Made by a program: the position numbers and the translations under genes | Part shown: piece by piece, positions 25,121 through 35,361 of the stretch | How the letters are laid out: each line of letters opens with the position of its first letter | Numbering within the stretch: the first letter of the stretch is position 1 | Notes under the pieces: model-generated | What the model saw: the letters and a program-made list of their open reading frames with translations, nothing else | Database searches by the model: none | Told to the model about the DNA's origin: nothing | From: Mytilus edulis | Lineage: Eukaryota | Reading direction: 5' to 3' | NCBI RefSeq assembly: GCF_963676685.1 | Contig: NC_092356.1 | Coordinates: 30,194,001-30,258,000, forward strand | DNA length: 64,000 bases

Positions 25121-25460
25121 GCAACATGGACAGAAACTCTAAAAACAAAAACGACTCTAGTGATGAAAACCTATTTAAAATGAAGAAAACTACGTACTGG
25201 GAATTATACGGTGTAAAAAGTTTTCCATACCGTGGAAAGCGTAAGTTTACACCATTACTTTCCCAATCTTTAGATGGAGGAATGGTGATCTCAAATGACG
25301 TGTTTGGATTAACTATTAGTCAGTTTGAACAAAGGTATAAAGCTTGTTTAGAAAGAAGGAAAACAAAAGAACAGTGGATACTGAACCTTAGATATCCTGA
25401 CAAATCTTCAAATGAATATCTGGAATACTGAGAGAACTGTAATATCATTTCTTATACACA
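25121..25460 (+). pseudogene. Probable N-terminal coding exon of the cGLR gene (one frameshift/stop near 25429)
   Basis: TTTCTAACAG acceptor; ~100 open codons of protein-like sequence (FPYRGKR..LTISQFEQRYK..LRYPDKS). Removing 1 nt at ~25429 gives a phase-1 donor A|GTAACA at 25460 compatible with exon 28112. Confidence 0.5.
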
Positions 25461-25850
25461 GTAACACTAAGGATGTAAACTAGTTGTTGATGTGAAGCAA
25501 ATCCAGAAACAGTAGTATATAGCTTTAAATTGTTAGATAGAAATATATCAGTCAAAAACAATAAGCCACGACAAACAGCAAATACAATGTATAATAAACA
25601 GAAATGAACGGTAAACAACACCATGATCAAAAAGTTAAAACGCAAGGATAATAAGAAACAAATTTGTCAGCTATAGGTCACCGAACTGCCTTCAACAATG
25701 ACCAAAGCCCATTTCGCATAGTATGGAAATCAGCCATTAAAGGAAATCACAATTCAAACAAGGAAACTAACGGTCGATATCGGTCGATTTGCAACTATTA
25801 CGTGAAATTTAAACTCACTCCCAAATGAGGGTTACAATTCAATCTTAGGA

Positions 25851-27266
25851 TAGGATCGTGATTTTTCGAGTGAATCGGTCAACTTTTTTTCGATTGCAGA
25901 TCGGGATTTTTCGAGTGATAAAACATGCGATAAGGTCAACTAACTGCTATTTCGTAGTAACAATAGTTTATTATATGGCTACCCATCTTATTTTGTATAT
26001 TATAAATGTTTTGAGAAACAAAGAAGCACAATTTCCTTATATTAAACCAAAAAAGTAATACTATCCGGGTTTTGAGAGTAACAATGAAGCCATCCAGGTT
26101 TTTATACAAATATTCGGGTTTTTTTTAAAGAAAATTTGAATAAAAAAAGCATTCTTAACCTTAAAAAATTACTTTTTCTAGTTTATACATGTACCTGTAT
26201 TAAAGTGAAGGACATTATCATATTTTTCAAAAAGGTCACCAAAACATTTAACTACGTATATCAAAATTTATCTTTTTCAATTGGATGCAAATTGTCTGTT
26301 CAGAAAATGTTCTACTACAACTTTCGAGTGTTAAATTATAAATTATTGAATCCTTTATCAAACGGTCTTTCGAACATAGTGCAGGGGACTCATAATCTTT
26401 TCAACTTCATTTTATGCTACTTTTGTTTTTAAAAGTTAATAATATTTCTTGTGATGAACCCTTGACTTTTTACAAAAAGAAATAAGAATAGTTCATCATT
26501 TTAACAGACTATATGTATGTAAGTCTCTATCCAAAGTGTCTATGCTTACACAAGATTGTTGAAATCACGAATATTATATTCAATATATACTGTACATGTA
26601 ATTTATAAGATATGACAAACACCAATATATACCAATGAACGATACTTGTTTATTACACGTCAGTGTTAGTACACCGTTATCCAACTGATGAATTTAATAG
26701 GTTTCTTGTCTTTAAAAGAACTTAATTTGAACCTGTTTTCTTGTTTCTAAACAATATTACACTAACACATAATATTTAAACCTATAGGAAATATGTGTTA
26801 TCTATGTGTTATCACTTGATAAAACACTCCAAAAACCCGGACTGCTCTCGAAAAAACCCGGACATATAGAAATGAAATTAGTCTCAAAATGCCGTTTTCA
26901 ACCAATAACAAAATTTTGTGTAAGGTGTCTGTATATTTAGGGATATATAGATTCCCTGTATGCATTTCGTTCGATATTTGCATTGGTATACGGATTAAAA
27001 TGTGTTTATTTCTGTATTTTGGAAAAAAATCATTTAAAGGATAAAACTAACTTTTTTAAACGAAAAGTAATGTTAGTTATAATATCTTTTAACTCAAATA
27101 CTAACATACAGTATATAACCTTGTATGTATAATTCAAGCTTCCATATCACGTCTTGACAGAAAGGAGGTCTGTTTTTTTTTTAACTTTTTGATCATATTT
27201 ACTCGACAAAAATCGGTCACAATCGAACAAAAACCCGATCAAGTTACTCGAAAACCCACGATTCTA
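25851..27266. mobile_element. MITE-like element with inverted termini and subterminal CGGG(T/A)TTTTCGAG repeats
   Basis: TAGGATCGTGATTTTTCGAGT / ACTCGAAAACCCACGATTCTA; no clear TSD. Confidence 0.5.
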
Positions 27267-27496
27267 GCCGAACACTATACACACAGAGTTAATCAGGAGT
27301 GCTTTTAACCAAAAACACAGCTAATATCTTGAAAACCATAGTGTTTCGATAAATAAAATGCATGCATTAACAAAAATAGGAATGGAATAAGAATACTCCA
27401 TATAACAAAACATCTTTAATTACATTAGAATTAATATTTCTACATACCAGGCCGTTAACACCCCTATCGCGAAGACGAACTAGCAAACATATGAAG

Positions 27497-27920
27497 AAGA
27501 AGATGCGGTATTGTTGCCAATGAGACAACTCTCCACAAGAGACTAAATGACACAGACATTAACAACTATACGTCACCGTACGGCATTCAACAGTAAGCAA
27601 AGCCCATACCGCATAGTCAGATATAAAAGGCCCCCGAAATGTCAAATGTAAAACAATTCAAATGAGAAAACTAACGACCTAATGAATGTACAAAAAATGA
27701 ATGAGAAACAAAAATGTGACACATCAACAACTTGGGACAGGCACATACATAACCAGAATGTGGCGGGGTTAAACATGTTATCAGGATCCAAACCCACACC
27801 CTAATTACCTGGGACAGTGGTGTAATAGTACAACATAAGAACGGACTATAAAAATCAGTTGAAAAAGGCTAAACTCATCAGATGGATATAAATAAAAATA
27901 CATCTAACAAAAACACAGCG
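27497..27920 (+). repeat. Interspersed repeat family A, long copy
   Basis: GAAGATGCGGTATTGTTGCCAATGAGACAACTCTCCACAAGAG...; matches 5960 and 43180. Confidence 0.75.
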
Positions 27921-28111
27921 TAATGCTTAGTATTGTTCTATTGGTTGTAACTTGTCATATAACAACCATCGATGTTCAATGCGTCTACATAGTACTCACC
28001 ATGGACGATATGATGAAAAAATCCTTGAAAAATATCAGGGGGGATTAGTGTTACGTTTGAAAATAATTAATGGTTTCATTTTACATTAATAAATACGAAT
28101 ATTTCTTATAG

Positions 28112-29932
28112 ATAACTTGCCGTGGGTTGACCCGAGGGAGCATCACTTATATGAACACCTAGTAAATATAGTTGGTAGTGAAATAGATATACGAAAATAA
28201 CAACGACTATTTATAATACAAGATATGATTGTCAATTCGTCAGATTTAACTGAAACACAAATATTAAGTGGAAGTTTGGCCGAAGGACTTGATTTACCAG
28301 GTAGTGACATGGATGTTATGTTCGTAACCAAAACCGAAAAAATAATTCAGAATGAAAAAAAAACATTAACCCAGTTAATAGTGTAGCATTGTACATGCTG
28401 TATATTATGGAGACAGATATCGATCATCCTGGATTTGCAAGACTAAGATTGGTAGCAACACATAATGGAGAATCCCTTCGTGACCAATGTAAACGCTGTC
28501 CCACAGGTACATGTACTGGTATAAAATTATGCAATGCTATGGACATCACGTCATGGACGTCAATGGCCACCTAGTTTTGTTATTGACAGGATTGTTAAAT
28601 ACGGATGTTTGCTAGTACCTATAGGACCTAAGATTTCGTCAGATAATGACTTTTTATGGAGAAAATCTTTCTCAGTGGCAGAAAGGTTGCTGGTTCATTC
28701 GTTTAATTCTAACCAATTCTTATGTAACGGTCTACTCAAATTAGCACTCAAGCGAATAATTAACACTCACGATAGTGTAAACGATTTATTGTGTTCTTAC
28801 TTTTTAAAGACGGCTCTTTCTTAGGTGTCGGAGGAAATAGATATTAACACTTTTCAATTATCTAAAATTTATCATTGTTTTTTTCTCTGTCTTGATAAAT
28901 TAATATCATGGGTTAGCACATGTTACTGTCCGAACTATATGTTCCTAGGAAAGATCGATCAGGGAAACAATAAGATTCCACTGTGTGTTCTTCAGAGTAT
29001 ACAGTGTAGAGGGATCGATGGATTGATACATTATTTATTTCCGCTTGATAATGAACATCATCTTTTGATAAGTACAAAGAGAGAATCATCGTTCATTTCG
29101 CTATACTTTCTTCTTTATAGAACTTCTATTCGCATGATAAAAACGATAACTAGAGACATTTTAATTATTATAAAACACTGTCATGTGTTTATTCTTTACT
29201 AAAATCCGAGTCGTCTACGTTTATTGTTGATACATGTAAATTGTATAAATACTCTATGAGTCAAAATATAGTACAACTACTACCTTCACCAAACACAATA
29301 GGTAACACGATCTACATACGCAAATTATATCATAGACATTTACAAAACGACACAAAGACTGATGCTGTATCGGTATTGTTGTTATACGCGTCGTTTTATT
29401 ATGTAATTGGACAGTTCAATGTTACACTCGAAATAACGAATTTTTTTCTATCAAGATGGTCCCCTCATATGATGCTTATAGACTTTAACAAACCTGACTT
29501 ATGGACAATAAGTTACAAACATAGTGTACACTCTTTCATGACAGTCAATGAGAGGATGACATTAGCCACTACTCAACATGAACATTACGAAAAAAACTCA
29601 CAATTATTACCAGAGGAACTTCAGCTCGAGGTTAAATACAGTGGAATGAACGTACTACCAAATTTAATGTCTTATTGTCTTAGATTTCTATGTTACCATC
29701 ATCTTGGTTCTTTGAACAGACGACAGGCATTACGCGATTTATATACAAATTTGAAAGATAATAAAATTAGATCGAAAAATACGGTTTCTAATGAATTAAC
29801 AATACTTGCAGTATGTTTTGAATATCCGGAGATAAAGACATGGCCTACCAATGCTACGAGGAAGCTTTACAGTGTGATGAGTATGTATGTCCATCAGCAG
29901 AAGCAAGGAAATCAAAACTTTTAGAGATTTAG
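28112..29932 (+). pseudogene. cGAS-like receptor (cGLR; Mab-21 nucleotidyltransferase + C-terminal helical/TPR-like region), disrupted
   Basis: TTCTTATAG acceptor; SGSLAEGLDLPGSDMDVMFV (GS..DxD motif); WP..GCLLVPIG..WRKSFSVAERLLVHSFN; LCSYFLKTAL; CPNY; C-terminal AYQCYEEAL. In-frame stops at 28198 and 28822, frameshifts and internal deletions. Confidence 0.9.
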
Positions 29933-32208
29933 CATTAAATTATAACATTAACAGTAAATGGAGTATGCAATGTTGCTGATATAAATAGTGTGAGCAACAG
30001 CCTGTGTGACCTAATGTGTTATTAAATTATCTCATTAAAGTAATAGAGTTGGTTTTTTAAATCTTATTGGGCTTAATAAAGTGCGAAGTGTGCTTTAAAT
30101 ATAACTCATATCAAACTGATTGATAAGTTAATAAATCATCGAGACACGAAGAATCGACCTCGTTCGTGGAAAGTTGGCCTGAGATTATTTGTTAACACCA
30201 TTTTGTGTTATATCAACACGAATCATATCTGTTCAGAATATAGGTTGAGACATCACTTAACTAATTTATAAACACGTTACCATTACATATAATTAATTGT
30301 GGTTGAAGACAGAAAATAGGCGAGTGACTTTAACCATAAAATTTAATTTTTAATGCACCTACCTAACACACGGCTAAATGATATATCATTTGAAAGCTAC
30401 ATATCTGTACTATCTGTTTTGCTCGGTCGTAAAAAAATCGTACGGTGCAATTTTCGTCAAATCAAGATCAAAGGCCAAGGACGAATAAGTGCATATTTTC
30501 TAAGATTTCAGCCTGATTGCATAATATGACTTTTATATACTAAATTCACATATGTTAACAATTTAAACATTTAGCAGAGAGAAAGCGTGTTTTTGACAGA
30601 GAGCACATGTTTCCTGAAATTCGAGTAAAAGTTAACAAAATGTGTGAAACCCCAAATTTTTCTTTCTGGTGCAAATGCTAATCAATTAAAACTAAGTAAA
30701 TCCCTGTAATTACTATCAAAGAAGTTTTTGACATCATAAAATTTCCTAAAATTATGCTTACTTCTAAACAAACAGCAAATCATAACAACTCATACAGTTG
30801 CCCAAAATACCGCCATCTGCGAAAAAAACGCTTTTAAGCATGTTTTTCCTATTTAAACATTGTATATGGTCAATATAAGATTAAATAAACAAATTCTTAA
30901 GAATCTGAAAATTTAAAGTAAAAAAATATGTGCGCGAATCATCTTATTGCTTGAAATAAAGGGGGTGAAACTAAGAGATTGCAATCTGCATTGTAACTAC
31001 GTATACTAGACTGAAATAAACATATTTCGACTTTTCTAATTGTTTGATTTGTAGCTTTATTATAAATATTGATGTAGTGAAAAGACTTTTTATTTATGTA
31101 ATGTGAATTGAAAATTTAGACTAAAATAAATAGAAAATAAATTGATGAAAATTGAAATTTCAAAGAATTTCAAAAACTAGTAAACACATTCTAAAACTTG
31201 ACTTCTTGATTGCTTAAATTGCGTTGTTCATTGTTTACATGCATTAATTCATCAAATAAGAATAATTTTGAAGAAAAAAAATCCATTAATCCGCAACGAT
31301 TCTAGTTACAACTAGACTTCCTGAATAGCTTGAATAACTAGTTCATTTTTCATACGAGGATGACTTCATGCAAGAGTTTCTGATGACAACTGAAAAGAAG
31401 CTATCATTATCTTGAAACTTCACTTTCCATTATATAGATGATGTCATTTCACTGAATAGTGCAAAATTTGTGACAATGTTGGACTCGTATTTTCCATTGA
31501 AATTGAAAAAAAAGACTCAACAGATATAGTTTACTCTATCACATATCTTGAAATTGATGATGAGGGTTGGTTGAGAACAAGTTTTACGACAAAAGAGATG
31601 AGCATAAAACAACCCATAAAAACACCCCTTACTACCAAATTATGAACTTTTCATTTCTATGTAACAACATTATAGCAACGCCTGCATATCTATACTACTT
31701 AAGGAGGAGACCGATTTCATTGAGCCTCAACTCCTCTGAAATAAAGGCAACTAAAGTATACCGCTATTCAATACTCATCAATCGATTTACTAGTAACTGA
31801 AATAAATCCGGGTCACAAAGCAAAAACTAGGAAAATGCATCAACTATAAGAGGAACACAACGATATAACAGAAACACAGAACTGCTACAAAAACAAACGC
31901 CAACATACAAAGAAACAGATTATTCGAGACCAACTGCCATATGCCTGACTTGGTACAGGACATTTGAAGAAAAATGGTGGTTTAAACATGTTTTAAACCA
32001 GAGTTTAAATGCAAAGTTGAAATCATCCCTTTGAAAATTTCATGGACGTCACTACGAGTTGGTTGACAATTTTGAGATATCTGTTTCGCCAAATGACTAC
32101 TAATAAGTTCCATCGACGTAACCAAATTGTCGTCATTTCTGCCATGAATGTCACCAACCGAATAAGGCTTGGCACCGAGTTAGGAAATACATGAGCCACA
32201 AGATGGGT

Positions 32209-33462
32209 AAAAAGTGCCGTGGTGTAGTGGTTAGTGCATCGGACTACTAACACAAAGGTTCCTGGTTCGATTCCCGTTCCGTGATGAAAATTTCAGGGAC
32301 TGAATTTTCGGCTCTTCCTTGACACCATTTGTGAGTATGGTCTTGAGGAAACGATAAAAGTCCGTCGGAAGGGGACGATAAATGGCTGACCCGTGTTAAG
32401 AGAGAGCCATATCCCTTGCACGTTAAACACACCTTTGTAGATTTCGAAAAAGAGCAGGCTAATGCCGCTACAAGGCCGCACTCGCACCCGCAAAGTGGAA
32501 AGCGATTAATTTAAGTTGCAAAATTTGTTTCAAAATCCACTATAAATTAAAGAACCTTTGTGAGCACGCTCCCATACCCCACGTCCCCACATTGTCATTG
32601 GAGAAATTAAATAAGTATAAGAAAAAACAATTGTATAAGAAAAAATATTGAATAATAATTTCCTGTCAATATACATAGTATGTCCTTATTATCTACAAAA
32701 TTTCATGAAATTCTGTAGTGTGTTTTCAGAGGAGTTGAGATGACAAACTGTTGCAGAAGTACATTGAAGCAAATAAGTTCAAAAGGGCATAACTCCTAGA
32801 AAAAAATTGAACCGTAATTTCCTTTTGATATGCACATCTACATAGTATGTCCTTATTATCTACAAAGTTTCATGAAATTCTGTTGTGTGGTTTTAGAGGA
32901 GTTGCGATGACAAACTGTTGCAGTAGTACATTAAAGTAAATAAGTTCAAAGGGGCGTAACTCCTAGAAAAAAAATTGAATCGCAATTTCCCGTCGATATG
33001 CAGAACAACATAGTATGTCCTTATTATCTGAAAAGGTTTCGTGAAATTCTGTTGTGTGGTTTGAGAGGAGTTGCGATGACAAACTGTTGCAGTAATACAT
33101 TAAAGAAAATAAGTTCAAAGGGGCGTAACTCCTAGAAAAAAAATTGAATCGCAATTTCCCGTCGATATGCAGAACTACATAGTATGTCCTTATTATCTGA
33201 AAAGGTTTCGTGAAATTCTGTTGTGTGGTTTGAGAGGAGTTGCGATGACAAACTGTTGCAGTAGTACATTAAAGTAAATAAGTTCAAAGGGGCGTAACTC
33301 CTAGAAAAAAATTTAATCGCAATTTCCCGTCGATATGCACAACTACATAGTATGTCCTTATTATCTGAAAAGGTTTCGTGAAATTCTGTTGTGTGGTTTG
33401 AGAGGAGTTGCGATGACAAGAAACAGGACTGACGGACGAACGGACGGACGGACTGACGTACG

Positions 33463-33498
<36 letters not shown>

Positions 33499-33532
33499 TC
33501 GTTACGTGGGGTATAATAAATATGTTTAAACT
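32209..33532 (+). mobile_element. tRNA-derived SINE with Deu/Nin-like core (body 32209-32546; tail interrupted by a HINE)
   Basis: A box TGGTGTAGTGG, B box GGTTCGATTCC; core GTCCGTCGGAAGGGGACG...GCACGTTAAA...TTCGAAAAAGAGCAGG; TSD AAGAYGGGT at 32200-32208 and 33533-33541. Confidence 0.8.
32547..33516 (-). mobile_element. Non-autonomous Helentron/HINE with internal ~168-bp tandem repeats (~4.5 units)
   Basis: 5' stem-loop TTATACCC..GGGTATAA, (GTCC)n microsatellite, units starting at 32674, 32841, 33009, 33178 and 33346, subterminal IR GTGGGGTAT and 3' hairpin GAGC..GCTC. Confidence 0.8.
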
Positions 33533-35361
33533 AAGACGGGTGTCACATGTGGAACATGATCTGCCTACCCTTTTGGAGCCCCTGAGTTCACAATTTTTTT
33601 GGGGGTTTGTGTTACTCAATCTGTAGTTTTATATGTTGTGTTTTGTATACTGTTGCTTGTCTTGTTCGTTTTTTGTCCGGCTTTGTCAGTTCGTTTTTAA
33701 TTATGAGTTTGATGTCCCTTTGACATATTTCGTCACTATTCAAGTAGTGAAAAGTTTAAAAATTATAGATCAGTGTAGCTAAATGTATCATGATAACGAT
33801 TTGGTTCTATATATATATATCACCGTGAGCAAATTAAGTTATTTTCGCGGATATTTGTCTTATTGCGTTAATCTTCTTCACTTTACTTTGAGGTGATTTT
33901 TTGGCCGATTTTCATTACTGCAAGTTAATCATGTTAATGTCTTTAAAGTAAAGTAATACCAAAGGGACAATCAACATCACAAACCATGAATCAAATAAAG
34001 TTAATTAAAACCATGAACAAAATAAAATTAAAGTCCAAGAGACAAACAACAGTCCAAAAAACACAGCATACCATGAAAATGAACACTCCTAAAACAGAGA
34101 ATGATCTGATGAGGTCGGGAAGGGTATTTGACTTTTTCATTTTGTTATTTCACAACTGTTTATAGTGTTTTACATACACAATGACATGCATTAGTATTTT
34201 TAAAGCTTATGTAGAAAATACTCAAAGCATCTTTTATTCAAATAATTAAAGCGATTAAACTTCTAAATATGACTTACTATAACACGATTTGAAACTAAAT
34301 AAGAAGCAGTCGCATTTTATTTAGTTCGTTTACATCCCGCTTTAGACAACCAAGTGTTTCTAAACAAGGTTACTTATTTCAATGTTGCCAACGATTTAGT
34401 CGCAAAGTAATGTTTGCATTTAAACATGATTACAAAAAGTAAAAAAGTTTGACTTCGTAAAAAACATATTTTAACCTCAATTACCTCGCATATATTCTTT
34501 TCTTACTTTAAATACCCCTTCTTTTATTATAGAAAATCATTCTCCTCTCTGATATTCACAATTAGCGATGTGCTATTTTAACATAAATTAACAAAATGAT
34601 CGCTTTTTGCAGATGGCAGACTTTTGGGCAACTGCAAACACTTCAATAGAAGGCTGTTCCATGAACAATAATTAATAATTGCATCTTAAAATTACAAAAA
34701 AAATATTCCTTGACCTAAAACATATACATTTATTCATTTTTTTAGCATACAAATATCGATTCCCTAAGATATATTTTGCTTTTTGAATAATTTTTCATTT
34801 TTTTTTAGGATTTGTGATCAATTTCAGTTTTCGGGAAATTTTGCGCATCGAATCTCTTATTTTTTGTTTGATTTGGAAATTATGTATTATGTTCCACAAA
34901 GTTCATATGATCTTTTGGAAAATTTTATGGTACAAGAATTAGAAAATGGCGTTTTATTTAGTAATCGCAAAAATTTGAATGTTTTTTCATGACCTTTGAC
35001 CTTGATTTAACAAAAATTGCACCGTACGATATTTTTACGACCGGGCAAAACAGAAAGTACAGATTAACAGCTTTCGAATGATATATAATACAGCCGTGTG
35101 TTAGGTGGGTGCATTAAATTCGTTAACTAAGCGTCTTTTTGAAATAAATCACTCGCCTAAAAGTATAAATTTGAGTTGCGGAGAAAACATGTTTGTATTC
35201 GGTACGAATGGAAGAAACAATAACTGTCAGTGTGATGGACAGACACAATTGTAATCGGGTTAAAGGACAAAACCCTAATGAATAAGGATCGAAGAAAGAC
35301 ACATTTGTATATCGGGTTGGGAACAAAATTCTGAGTGCATTGAACATTAGTGTGTGGCATC

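Larger units (their letters stand above)
31330..33740 (+). mobile_element. Penelope-like element remnant (RT C-terminus and 3' region), interrupted three times
   Basis: YEDDF..HYIDDVISLN; KFYDKRD; KLKSSL.KFHGRHYELVD; the 3' region resumes at 33533. Confidence 0.75.
30317..35159. mobile_element. Non-autonomous Academ-like DNA transposon with nested insertions
   Basis: Termini TAGGCGAGTGA / TCACTCGCCTA, ~130-bp subterminal inverted match (30350-30480 vs 34990-35118), AAA on both flanks (possible 3-bp TSD). Confidence 0.75.

Noticed and set aside
32215-32285. tRNA gene
   Set aside because: A and B boxes are present but the acceptor stem is poor and it is the head of a TSD-flanked SINE.
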